Made by a program: the position numbers and the translations under genes. Of a stretch of DNA of 64,000 nt, positions 21,942-35,700 are shown in pieces. Location: the NCBI RefSeq assembly GCF_037042905.1, contig NC_087251.1, forward strand, positions 30,506,001 through 30,570,000, written 5' to 3'. The notes below the pieces were generated by a model that did no database searches, was not told the DNA's origin, and saw only the letters and a program-made list of their open reading frames with translations. This DNA comes from Lytechinus pictus. Its lineage: Eukaryota. Each line of letters opens with the position of its first letter. Positions within the stretch are counted from its first letter, which is position 1.

Positions 21942-23369
21942 CAACCGCGTAGCCAGGATTTCATTTTGGAGGGGGCGGTAAATGCACGCGAAGCGTGCCA
22001 ACACTTACAGAGCGCGCGAAGCGCGCTCCCTTCCCTAGGGGGTGGGTTCAGGGAGGGGGAGTTTCCCCCTCCCGCGCGAAGCTTTCGGTGTTTCTTAAAT
22101 TAAAATGAAAAGGAGCCGTCTCTCTTGTCTCTAGTACCTATATCAGCTCCAATTCAGTTGACTATATTTTGATTTTGAACATTGTTTTAAAAGTGATTGT
22201 GAACGCACAAAAAGGGATAAAATTGAGGAAATTAAAATAATATTTACCTCGCGCGAAAGCTAAAGCGTTTTATCAATTTTTTTCTAAAGAAAAGGGTCCC
22301 GAGATAAGGGTATTCTCTAAGTTATACTGAATGCTTCCCTTAGAAAGATCAGATTTTATTACAAACAATTTAGCGGCAGTGCATATCTTTAACTCGCAAA
22401 ACAAAAAGGGTATATGCCGGGAGGAAGATATTTCTCCCCGTGCAGAGCAATGAAACTCTGAAATTTCAAAGGGCGGACGTTTCATCAAATGCAGATATCT
22501 CTACCCCATCAGCACTAATTCAATTGATTTTCTAAGATTATTGAACTTCATTACAAGAAAAATAATGCGCAAAAAGTTGAAACTTCTGTGATTTATTGAA
22601 ATTATATAAAAAAGGATAATGTATAATTTCTTTGATTTATCCTGAAGCGCTTAATTTTGAATGATAAAGAAACTTAAGTGTCATTCAAAATTTCAAACTG
22701 AGGGCGCAAAACAGGAAAGGAGATGAATGTGCAGGGAAATTTTTATAGAATTTGATTTAAAAAATATTGTACTTTTTTTATTTAATACGACACGAATTTT
22801 ATACCTTCCTCTTTTGAAATTAGGAACCTGTTTGCCCCCAAATTATGGTTGTTTAGTAATGAGCTGAAAAGCGGGAGAAGTTGCCTATATGGAGGTGACG
22901 GCAGAAATTAATATATACAGATTTTACCCGCCCGGAGTCGACCCGACCAGAAGTTGCGCGATCAATTTGAAAAAAAAAGATAACTTCATATACTTCGGCC
23001 TAACCTTACTCTTATTCCATGCCCTAATGTATACATCTAACTTTAACTGGCAAGAAACACATAGCTGAGGTCGAAAAACAGGGTTAGAGGAAGGGTTAGG
23101 GAAACAAAGGAGAACTGCAGTATTGTCATTTAACCGCGCGCAGCGCGGAAGCAAAATTTATATATATAAATTTAGAGCAAGAGTGAAGGAGTTTCTCTTT
23201 TGAGAAAAAATAAAGAATAAAAAGAAAAACCCACAAAGCTACCTTTCTTCCCTTCCCCCCTTCGCTTTTCCTTTTCTCCTCTCTTTTTTCTCTTCTTTTT
23301 TTTTTCTTTTTGGGGACGTTTTGGGGGGGGGGGCGACCGCCCCCACCGCCCCCCCTGGCTACGCGCCTG
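21942..23369 (+). mobile_element. Non-autonomous hAT-like transposon, copy 2
   Basis: Ends CAACCGCGTAGCCAGG / CCTGGCTACGCGCCTG; perfect 8-bp TSD TTTGTCAG (21934-21941, 23370-23377). Confidence 0.85.
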
Positions 23370-23380
23370 TTTGTCAGTAA

Positions 23381-23895
23381 AGGACAAGTCCACCACAGCA
23401 GAAAGTTCATTTGTATAAAAAGAGAAAAATCCAACAAGCATAACGCTGCATATTTCATCAAAATCGGATGAAAAATAAGAAAGTTATGACATTTTCCAGT
23501 TTCGCTCAGGCTTATTTTTCACAAAACAGTTATATGCACATCCTGGTCGGTATATGCAAATGAGGGGACTGAAGACATCACTCCCCGCATCACTCACTCA
23601 CTCACTCACTAATTATTTCTTTTGTATTTTATTATATGAAAAATGAAATATCCTAATTTTCTCCTCATTGTCCTGTGAAACAAAGTTTAATTTCTCCCTG
23701 AACATGTGGAATTACCAGTGTTTTACATTTTTTAGTTCAGTCAAGTTAGGCCTTATGGTCAAATCTGCAAAAAAAAAATCTGCGAAATTTCAACATGTCA
23801 TATACATCCGATTTGAATGATTTTTTTTAGCGTTATGCTTGTCTGATTTTTCTCTATTCATTCAAATCAATATTTTTCTGGGGTGGACCTGACCT
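23381..23895. mobile_element. Kolobok-like MITE; partial relative at ~39640-39950
   Basis: AGGACAAGTCCACC … GGTGGACCTGACCT|TTAA; left flank is GTAA. Confidence 0.55.
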
Positions 23896-24321
23896 TTAAT
23901 ATGTATTTGTGTATAAATTATATCCCACTCATAGATGTAGCTAGGCCCATCTGTAAAATCCAACGAAGACTCTGAACATTGCTACTTGGAACTGAGAAAT
24001 GATAAATGAAGTAGAACATGTATGATATTGAGGTGAAGTGACGAGCCTTATCTCCTTATCTTCAGTATTCGTAATAGATTTATTACGGTTCATCAAACTT
24101 TTTCTTTAGTAGGCATGATAAACATAACTGAAGAGCTCATTTATCAACGTCAAGCATTGTTTCATTTATTTACCATACTATCTACTTGGGGTAAGAAAAA
24201 GTTTTGTGAACCAAAATAGATACATAGATACATCTATTCCAAATACTGAGGGGGTTAGTCAAATTTGATATAAGGAAAGACTTTTCCAATATAAGGGTTA
24301 TTTGATGCCTAAACATGGGTC

Positions 24322-25077
24322 AAGTGGCTTCTTGGGGGGGGGGGCAAGTGCCGCTGGCAAAAAACGGGGAAAAGGAGAAAAAGAAGGAGAAAGGAAGAGA
24401 AACTTAGTGGGAAAGAGAAATTATTGTTCATTATAATGTGATGTCATATTATAATCATGTTATATTACATATAAGAAACATTTTTTTTTCATAACTTTAT
24501 GAAACAATTTGCTCAGGGCCTATGTCTTCATTGTTCCTGGTGCTCGCATTGCCTGTTTAACGATATATATAATCGTGTTGTACTATAACCTCCCGTTTTC
24601 AAGTCAATACACACCAAATATATTTCCTCGCACTTCGAGTTATTGTTTTATGACATTTGCTCTTTTTCATGACTACTTAAAGTGATTGCCCCATTTTAAG
24701 GTCTTAACATAAAACATTTCCTGTCCATGCTTACGTTCGCATTAGTGGGTTGGTGAGATATGTCTGCTCTTCATGAATTCCTAAAATCAGTCCTTAAAAA
24801 TAATCTGAATATCAAAAATTTTCAGCTCGTGCTTGCATCATTTGGTTAGTGAAATACGTATGGTCTTAGTGAATTCATACAAACAAGCCTTAGAATGCCC
24901 CTCTTCAGGTCTGAATATCAAAAATTTTCAGCTCGCGCTCGCATTATTTGATCAGTGAGATACATATCCGTTTAATGTCAGTATACCTGGCAATTGAGCG
25001 CGCTCACTAAGTGACTCAAATTTTTTGCTGGTACCCCCCCCCCCCCCCTCCATACCGTGACCCACGGTAAGCCACTG
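24322..25077. mobile_element. Non-autonomous hAT-like element
   Basis: Ends AAGTGGCTT / AAGCCACTG; 8-bp TSD CATGGGTC (24314-24321, 25078-25085); subterminal G/C runs. Confidence 0.7.
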
Positions 25078-28000
25078 CATGGGTCTGATTCAGGCCCCTT
25101 CCCCTCCCCAGCCCTCTACCTCAGCCATTACCACCCAAATTCGGTCAAACTATGCCATAAATTACAGCAATACATTCTCAGATATGTATCTTACCTAATT
25201 TTAACATACTCATGTTAAATCGTGCACATGTGATTGCTGGTTTTTTTTTTTTTTTACCACGTAACTCCTCCACAATCCACAAGTATTTCTAATTTACTTG
25301 CTTATTCAGGAAATGTTCACGTGTGCAATTTGAAAAGCCTTTGATTGACTTTTACCGTCCGCATCCACTTTGTGCTTCAGTTTAATTCGCAAAAAATGCT
25401 AAAATTTACTCTTCAGATGGTGCGTTTTCTGTGAAGGGGGGGGGGGCGGGGGTTGCATTGCCCTTTTTTAAGCTGTAGTTGTGAAGATGTTACAGTGCAA
25501 AACCAGCTATTGTATTTCAACTGTCAAAATTATTCTAAGGTAAAGGAGAAAACATTTTAACTGAAGGTACAGAGAACAATGCTTCTTGAATGTCCACTTG
25601 AACAGAAATCATTTTTGCTTGTACAATATCCTTCTACACACATTACATATTTATGACATATGTGTATTATACTGTACATAAGAATGAGAAAAACACTAAA
25701 CACACAAAGCAACAAAATTAAGTGATTAAAGTCTCATCTTTCGATTAATTTTTATTTGTCAAAACATGACAATAAATGCTATACAGATGGACTGCACAAT
25801 ACATTTACGGATAAAGATATCATATAAATGCTATCAATGACTTGTTATATTTCATATTCATACATTTAGTTCAGTGACACTGAACTGGAACATGAGTTCA
25901 GAGGTTGCAGTAGGGGCACCTTTCATGGAGTGCATGGTCACCATGGAGCAGTTTTCACCAATGAGGAGAAAATAGTATTTGGTGATCATCCAGAGGGGAT
26001 ACAGGGTATAAAAAGTAAATACACAACAACAAAAAATCGTCCAAAATTGTTTTCTACCGACCCCTGATTCCCATAGGAATTAGTACACAGAGGACGCAGT
26101 TTCAGTTGGGAAGGGGTTAAGAAGAAAATGAAAACCCACTAATTAAACAACCATAAAGACCGAATATAAATACTTGCACAGAGGCAACGGTAAATAAATA
26201 GGCAATACATGCTGGGTTCATTGAATAACACAATTCCTTGTCTCCATATCAAGTGTACATTAACATTAGATTTATTAATTTGTATATCATAGATCAAATT
26301 GATAATTACTCTAATCAATTAATAGGTGCCAATGAAATGCATTTTGCAATGTATACATGAGCTTCCATTGGAGATGGTCATAAAATTGATAAACTTTTGT
26401 GGAATAGTGTACAAGTCTGACACAGCAGATCCATGGTCCTATCAGGATATACCACTTTGCATTATACCACATCATGTAGAGAATCGTCAGATGAAACATT
26501 CATTGTACCATAACAACATAGCAAAAAGAAATGGAAAAGGTACAGCACAACAGGCTGTAACAATCCTCAAATTGGCAAAAAATCCCATCAAGCTGGGATA
26601 TATATATAAAAAAAAGTGGAGGAATAGAATTTCTGTAGAGTAGAGGTATAGATCTTAAGCCCTTTAGACCACAGAACTCTGTCATCAATTGCCTGAGGTC
26701 TAGTAGTAAAGGTGTTGGGTCGGAGTGAATTCTTATTTTCCATTTCTCTGAGTGAATGATCTTCTTGGCTGATAATTTATTTCACCTATGAATTAAAACC
26801 AGCAGCATATACTCTGTTGAAAAAAGGATGTAATAAAACAGAAGTTGGACAATACTAAGCAAGAAATTTGACTTGGTATTCACTTGCAGGTGCAGTGGAT
26901 TTTAATGGCAGCTTGCAACCACTTTGGGTACACTGCACAAAGCCCTGGAGCTCATAGACAATATATATAATCATGTGCTGTAAAGCATACACATTTATGT
27001 ATACAGGTTGTGAGGAACAAGCCTCCATTGGTAATAAAACACAGCTGAATCGGTTGATTTACAGTATTTGCTATCAGGTCTTGAATCTTAATGGTTTCAA
27101 ATTCCACATGATACTAGACCATCAATATGTGACAGGCCAATTCAACATTCAGAGTAAAGAAAATATGGTGAAACAATGTCACAATGGATTTTATAAAGTC
27201 CATTTCTTTGTTTTCTACTGTTATGTAGACATGGGATAACAAGGTAATGTCCCGGTTCCAGAAGGATTTATACCAAAGAGATTCCAATGTAATCATACTG
27301 AATAGAGGAGGCATCACAAAGGGGAGGGGGGAGGTGACTGTCTTCTCCTTGTGATTTTATTATGACATTACTTCTTGAGTCTTGCCCCCTCCCTGCTAAA
27401 AAAATCAAATAAATAAAAATAAGAATACCTTGGCATAATCCCTGTATTTATACTCTTTGCATTACAGGAGACAAATGCATAGAATTGATAGATTTCATAG
27501 AAATACAACAAGTGGACCCATCAATGTACTCGAATACACAACCTGCAAGAATATAAACGATGAGACACTTCCTATCATTATATATATCATTATCATTATA
27601 TATCATTATAACCCACCCTCATGAATTATGAATCAGTGATTATATATTCATTTATTACTGAATGAGAAGTATGTTTTGAGGTATGGCATGAAACAAAGTT
27701 TCAAGGTGGTATCATGAAAACATATATAAATGTGGGCTTTTAATTGTTACCAGCTTTCTTACTCTTTGAGTAAGACAACTTCAAAGAGATATTCTAGCAA
27801 GGTTTAATCATCACTCAACCCAACTATGAGAATCATTTAAGATTCTAATGATTCAATGTGTAACAGAATAACAATTACTATTAATGATGTAAATGTTCCA
27901 ATCTATACTTAGAAATTGTTAAATAAATACAAATAATGCAATCCCTTATTCCATGCCTGTTAATTGCGTAGGTTATAATTGATGATGATGCTTATTTGAT

Positions 28001-29716
28001 GCAATATAGACATTTGAACACAAGGATCTGAATTCATTTTCAGCTTCCCAAACAGAGAAACACCAAGCATTCTTATCACAAATATGCCCAGTTCAGTACA
28101 CATCTAACAAATGAATGAATTCCAAATTGAACGAATTCCATTAGTGTTATAAGTAAATGATGAAGTGCTAAGTCTCATTATACTAAGGATTTCTGACCTT
28201 AAACTGACCAATACCTGACCATTCACTTTATCATGAAATAGGAGTTCACTAATTCACTTTGTAGACCTAGACTCCATAGGATTTAATGCATGAATGGGAT
28301 CACATTATCCATTGATTCAACACAGCAATGAAGGAGTACACAATTGATAAATGGTGCCCCAACGTATTGAATTGCCTATGTAAGCAATAATATTTGTCTG
28401 TTGAAATCAAGAAGAGTATTGATATATATAACTGTCCTCTGATTCATCATCCCAAAAGTAACATTTGGTCCTCGGAATAGAATATTTATAGATAGATGGC
28501 GCTATATAAATGCCTGTTATTGTTATCATTATTATCATTAAGCCTAAGGTGATTGATCACATTATTTGTGAGACAAATATGAAAAATGTTTGCAAAAAAC
28601 ACATGAACTGCATTAGAATTAAATACACTTAGGTAACTCTGCAAAAAGAAGAAATGCATCTTGTATATCAGTACTGCATCTAATGCCACAGTGGAAACTT
28701 TGTATAAAGATATCGCATATACAGATATTTTTGATATTCCACAGAGTACAAACTATCTACATCATAATTTATTTCAACCTAATATATCAGAGTTGTGTAG
28801 TTTGGTGGTCTACCAAAACTCACCGTAATTACTTTTCGGGTATTTTATGTTGAATAGGCATGACTCCAAGTTTTCTTAACAATTTTCTATAAAAACAGAT
28901 GGAGCAAGTAGCCAATGCATAGGCAATCGCATGTTGTTTCAATTCTAGTCAACCCTCCAGATGTGCATTTTGGGTGCGACACTTGAGCATTTTGGATGCA
29001 GCAATGCATCATGTAGATAGGCCTTGAAATGCACCTTCTTTCTAAGAGAAGGATATAGCAAGGAACGGTGAGCTCATTGAGGTGTATATCATAGTTTATG
29101 GCTATACTTGTGATGTCACAATAGGAAACAGTTGTTAAGCTCTTATTCTGTGCAATTTATAAAATAGAGGGATTTGAACCATAAATTTGTCCACTATAAA
29201 TGCAAAGTGCCTAACCATTTATAAAACAAATAATGCACAGGTTAGGTTTGTAGTGTTAAAGGTGATGAGAGTATTGCAGGTATTCACAATGATTAGGCAT
29301 TGGCACTTTGCACTGTTGTTCCATTGTAAATATCCCTGTGTGCACTGCATCATGACTGAGAAAATCTCACCTGTGAATTTTTTGTGTAACAAACAATCAC
29401 ATGGAACTCTTCAGCATGAATAGAATCACCATGGGTACAAAAGACAAGTTCAACATCCTAAGTACTGCACTGTCAAATCAAAGTACAATAAATAAATCTC
29501 AAAATACAACTCTTGATGTATAAAACATACAAAATCATAAAAACAATCTATAAATCTCTTTCTACTTCAACTACCCCTGGCATTTGGTAGAATCAACCAC
29601 TAGTCGCTGAACAGGTGCCCCGTAGCTGACCCTCTGTCTCCTGTCACGCTCCATCCTCATGTTCTTCTTTTTGATCCAGATAGAATATAGAGTTCATTTT
29701 TAAATTAATTTTAACA

Positions 29717-32700
29717 TCAGCTCTCATCCTCTACGATTTTGATCTCAGGTAGGTTGTCTTTTCCTTCCAGTCTCAGCTTCTCTCGGTAAAATGAGATGGG
29801 ATTCTGGTTCAGGGGGAAGGGGGAAGGGATGAAAGAAGTAATTCAAGACAACTGTTAGTTCATCTTCATTCTAAAATGAACAGTCAAATGGATCATCACT
29901 TTCCCCAAGGTCAAGGAGTTCATCACAACATTACACTAATAAGATTGAATTTGAAGTACTGCCAAATCTGAACGCATGGAAATAGTGATAAATCATTATG
30001 GGTGGAGAAAACAGAATCTGTGACCCTGATTACATTATTTCCTTGACACTATCATAGACCTTTTACCATCAAAATAGTACAGTTTTTAGTGGTTGAAATT
30101 GCTCTCTTCTTTAAACACCAAGTCTAGAAATGTTTAAAGAACACTGAGGCAGTTGGCTGTTAACTCACTTGCCTATTACACAAGGGAGTCACGAGTAAAC
30201 AAAGCTTTAAAAAATCGTAACTTCAATGACTACTTGCCATTGGCGAAAATCAAGCTGCAAATTCATTTTTTTACTGTTGGCACTAGATTGCAGGTTTTCT
30301 GCACTTGTCTTGATTCTTAATCATAATTTAAAGAGTCAGAAAATTATGTCAGAAACTAATTTCATACAGCAGAACCAAAAACACTCAAGGACTGTTTCAC
30401 AAAGATTTTTGTCAGTGATTTTCGCCGACACATGTTACAAGTTACTGGAAATACTTGCGTCTGATTGGCTGAGAGCAAAGTGATCAATGAAAATCCCTGA
30501 CAAAGCTGTACATGAAACACTCCCTGGGAGTTTATTTGTCACTCACTGGTGGTTCATCAAATGGGATTGGTTGACCAGTCTTGGTTAGTAATAAAGCTAG
30601 TCTCTTGAGCATGAAGTCACTCATGTGTAAGCCTTCTTCTTCCATCTTCTGTTTCACCATCAAACCACCCTGGTAGTTGTTCTGGTTGTCTGTAAGATAG
30701 CACAGAAAAAAAATCAATCAAAGCATTTCTTTGATGACCAATTCACAGCATTGAAAGATGCCATCATTGAGTAATAAGACTATACTTGCAGCAGAAGTAC
30801 TACAATAGAAATGAAGTCACTGGGAGCTCTTATGTTTAGTGTTGACCTTCGGTGTTGGTGTTCGTTGAATTTCTACATCAATACAGCATTAGACTTAAGT
30901 GAAGCTGGTCATGGGACAAATCATAGTTACTGAGCTATCATTAATGTGATTTGGATCATTTGTGTGAACTCATATGAGGCATTCAAGCTAGAAACAACAA
31001 TCTAAATTTTGCTTCTATCACCAACAACTAACTTGATATCCTTTAATATAGCCAGGATCTATCTAAAAAAAATAAAACTCCAGCTTCAATCAGTATACAT
31101 CAATAAACCAGTTGTGAGAATGATATTGAAGAATATAAACATGGTATATTGTGGAGCATTCTTTGAAATTTCACTAATTTGTCCCAAGTCAGAATTATGC
31201 TAAACATATATCGACATGTAAAAGAAAATACAGACAATCACAGAATGTCATATGAGGATTCAACTTACCTCAATACATGTGTCTGCATCAAAAGTTTAAT
31301 TAAACATGACTTTTCACAACATTAACCTCATTTTTTCCTTCTAAACTCATTGATGACTGAGCACACATTTATGCAGGTCTGGGATTTTTTGGAAATTGCA
31401 TAATCAGCCTGTAAATGTTCAACCAAATGATTTTCTCTAAAAGCTGATTTATTAAGTAAACCTTACCATGTGCTTTGAGTAAATAGAAGTAGATCTTTGA
31501 TCTATCAAGATAATCCTGGTCTTTGGTGATTTCCAAGACTTGTTCAATCTTCTCCTCCTGGAAAACAAAATCATTACAGCATGATCACATCTGTGAATTA
31601 TCACAATGTTCTTTTGTATTAAGATATTACATTTGACATCCTGATCTGACCAAATATCATCTACAACTCTACATGCATAAGATTTAACCTTGATTTGAGA
31701 ATAAAATTGCATCTGTACATTTGATTGATATGAATATAAAACATTCAGTCAGAGGCACTCAGCCATGATTGATTCTTTAAAACAAAATTCTACCCTATTC
31801 TCTTTAGTATACAAGAGAAAAGGGACACATTCCAATGTTGCATGATAGGAAAAACATACTATATCACAAAACAGCTCAAACTTTCAGAAACTCTGACATT
31901 GAATCACGCCACTGTCACATCTACATGTATACATCAACCAATATCAAACTTAATTTACCCAAAAGATTTTCCTAAATTGTGAATATAAGCAAGCCTCATG
32001 TGTAAAATCAAGCAATTTAAGAAGAAATTTACATGTTATGGAGAAACAAGCTATTTACATGTAAGTATGAGAGTAATGAGACCATAAAAAAACGTTTGTA
32101 ATTCGTAAGTACTTCAGAATTCATAATTCCATATAAATCTCAGTAGTTGGATGCGACTCTAAACTTTTTTAATCAGAGGACATATCTTGAACGATCTTGA
32201 TAATGACTGACTTACCACATCACTGTCTGATCCTACCATCTCTATGGCATATCCTATTAAACCTGATGACTTCTCCCTGATCACATCATATCTCTGAAAG
32301 ATAAAAAGAAAGAAAATAAATCCCATAAATAAAACTTCTGAGTGTCTTCTGAATTTTTATTCTGATCTTTTATTTTTTTATTTCTAATTACTTTTACCTT
32401 TGATTGTTCATGAAACATTTTGTTGTGGATTTTGATGTTGTGCATATTACCATGACCATATTTGTATCTTTTTTAAAAATGTTAATTGTGTACAATTCAG
32501 CCAGTGGCTGCGAGATACAATTTGAAATAAACCATGAATACTACTACTACTAATAATAATGATGATGATAATAATAACATACATGTAGGAATCACATTAA
32601 GAGAAATATTATTATCAATACTTACTGCAACATGGTTCAGGTGTTTTGGGGAGTGTAGGGACAGTGATTTTCCGTTTTAAAAAATTGCCTTTTCCGTTTC

Positions 32701-35700
32701 AGAAAATCTCAATTTCCGTTTCAGCATGTCAGAAACGGAAATTATGTTTCCCCATAGACTTTGTGTACATAAATAAAGGGGATTTCCGTTTACACATTGA
32801 ATAGCAATATCACACCCGCGCTGGTCAAAATTTGTATCTGCCACTGTACCAGCAACGCAATAGAATCCGTTCTTATCGGATCTATGCGGGTACACAAAAT
32901 ATTTTGACAAACATATTTAACATAAATACATCCTCACCTTTCGAATTAATAGCATTATTTTTACGGTTAAATGAAATTTCATTGATAATTCGGGTTTTTG
33001 GACATTGTTTCCAGCAGTCAACGAGTTTCGCCTATCCGCCATTTTGGATTTCAAGACCCCGATATCGTGCTGTTACATCTTCGAACGTAGAGGGCAGTAA
33101 CACACGACCGTGTTGTTGAAATGAAGCGTGTGCATGTGAATGTTTTCGATAAGCCCAATACAACCCCGACCGGGCCGGCGCCAGGTATGGGCGGCGAGTG
33201 GTTTGATCGAGTGCAGTCACGATGTGTGAATTGACATGATTGTAGCGAAGTGAGATCGTGTTTTCTGGGGTTTTGTGGCCATTTAATATTGATATTCTGT
33301 TGAGATTTTGAGTAATTTCTATTGCTGTTCTGTGTATTTTGAGGAAAATATGTTTTCTGTGATTTTCCGTTTGAAATGCCACTTTCCGTTTCAAAATGCC
33401 CTTTTCCGTGATTTCCGTCCGTTTTCCGCGATCGCGGAAAATCACTGTCCCTAGGAGTGGTTTCTTAAGATTTGAATGGAGAATTGTTCTAAAACTAATT
33501 TTGAGAGTGGTTTCTTAAGATTTGAAAGGAAAATTGCTTCTAAGACTAAGCATTTATCAATATCAACTAAAAGATGTTAAAACATACCTCCATACCACTT
33601 GTACCACTTTGTCTTACATTTGCACACTATGTCAAATAATTTTTTTTTCATAAACAGTTCATCTAATCATACGGACTAAGTGGTATCATACCAAGTAGAT
33701 ACTAGACAAAATGGAGAGAGCATAATTGGAAATTGGACAATGTGGTAAATGGGCTAAATGGCAGTTAGACCAAATGGTTAGTAGATGAACTGCTGGTTGT
33801 AGACAAACTAGGATTAGACCAAATGGAAAAAAGCCGAAGTGGGTGTGGACCAAGTGGCAATTTACAGATGCAAGTAGCAAGCCAAGCTAGTTACCTGAAT
33901 GACATCTCTGGCTCCGTCTGTCTTGCCGTTGTCTAGATGAGAGTACAGAAGCTGCCATGCTGGTCCTTCTATATCTTTAGCTACTAATCTGTCCACCATT
34001 GCATACACTACAAAAAAGAGAGTAGCCAATACAGAAATATGAGAAAGAAAAACATTTAATGATGGGAAGGGAATATGTAGAAACAGCCACATGGAGAGAG
34101 AGAAATACCCTTCAAGTACGATGGAGAACTGAGGACCTAAACATACTGGACTATGTTTTGTTACTACAAGAGGAATTCCTTCATAAGATAGTCTGCAGAA
34201 AAAAAATAATATTCCCATTCATATAGCTCAAATTAGTGCTGTAGCCGAACCGCCGAACCGAACGGTAGTTCGCCGAACATGGCACTTCCGAACCGAACAG
34301 AACCGAACCGAACACTAAGACTTGGTTTGGAAGTTCGGAAAAAAAAAAAAAAAACGGCTTTCAGCTAACAAATTTATAAGTTTACACCGTTTCTAATCAT
34401 TATATTTGCGCATTCTCTATTTGATCTTCTTTGCAATTGTATGTTGGAAGTATGCGCTTATTTTGCGGTTACTAGATTTTGTTTTCATTTTCATGTTGAC
34501 ATTGTGGTTTTTACGGCCCTGATTAAGAAAGGAGATCCGATGAATGATGTTGCGCGAGCTTGCGCTATAATCATTTTACTGGCTTTCATCATCTTTCGCT
34601 CTGTGGCCGAATCGCCGAAGCATGGTAAAGAAAACCAAAACTGTATGAGTGTTCATTGGTTAAATCTAATTATCTAAAATATTGTTGTTTTTAGGTGGCG
34701 AACAAGATTCTTGTTTGAAAATCTTCAAAGTATTTTGAATGAATGAGCTCAATAAACCGAAAGTGAAAGATGAAGTACCATTAATATTACGAATTACGAT
34801 ACGATGTGATTAAGATCGTAACTCGTGTATTGTTGCGGCGGAGAATAAAGATCTGATTGAGATGATTGACATTATTATTGAGGTGTCGGCTCGCTACTGT
34901 CTAGTTTTCATGATTTTAGAGAGAAGTAAGGAGTTTTGAAAACGAGAGATCCAGTGAAAGTGGGAAATAAAGTGAGTGACTGTTAGAGATGAAAAGGAGA
35001 GACGCAAAACAAATAATATAGAAATGAGATGAGGTGAAGTTATCTTTTTTATTATTAACAATCAGATGAAAATAAAAATCAAACACTCATGAATGATTAC
35101 GGTATAGCATATAGCAAGATCCACTTCCCCTCGTTGACAAGTTGAATGAAGATAAAGCCATGCGGAAACATTCATCTCTTGGGGGAAAATGACCCCCAAT
35201 CTTTACTTTTTTTCCCCTTTCTTATCAACTTCTCAAATTAACCATAAACAATTCGATGATCACTCTACTCCCCCTGTCCCATTACAGTCGTAAAACTTTG
35301 CATCCCACTTGGTCTGTATGTTCATGGTCGAATGAAATCTGACCAATGAAATCATAGAAATCTCGGGAATTGCTCTTCAATCAGTGAGCTGAGTTTCGCG
35401 AGCAGACAAAGCACGTGGCTGTATGTACCGATGCGACAATCAGCGACATGCGATTGGTGGTTTAGTTCACCCATCGAGCCAATTAGCGAAAGGCGCATTA
35501 CATAAGCACACTTTCTTCGACACGCCCCTGGCCCTACTATGCCTACAGTTCAGTGCACTGGCGCTGGCCGCCTCGTATGTGATGCAATTGCCAATCACGT
35601 TTGGCCGGACTGTATATATAAATATTCATGAGCTCAGAGTCCCGCTACAAGGGGACTGCATGCGCTGGCCTAGCTGGTACGGGTACGAGTGCGATCGCGA

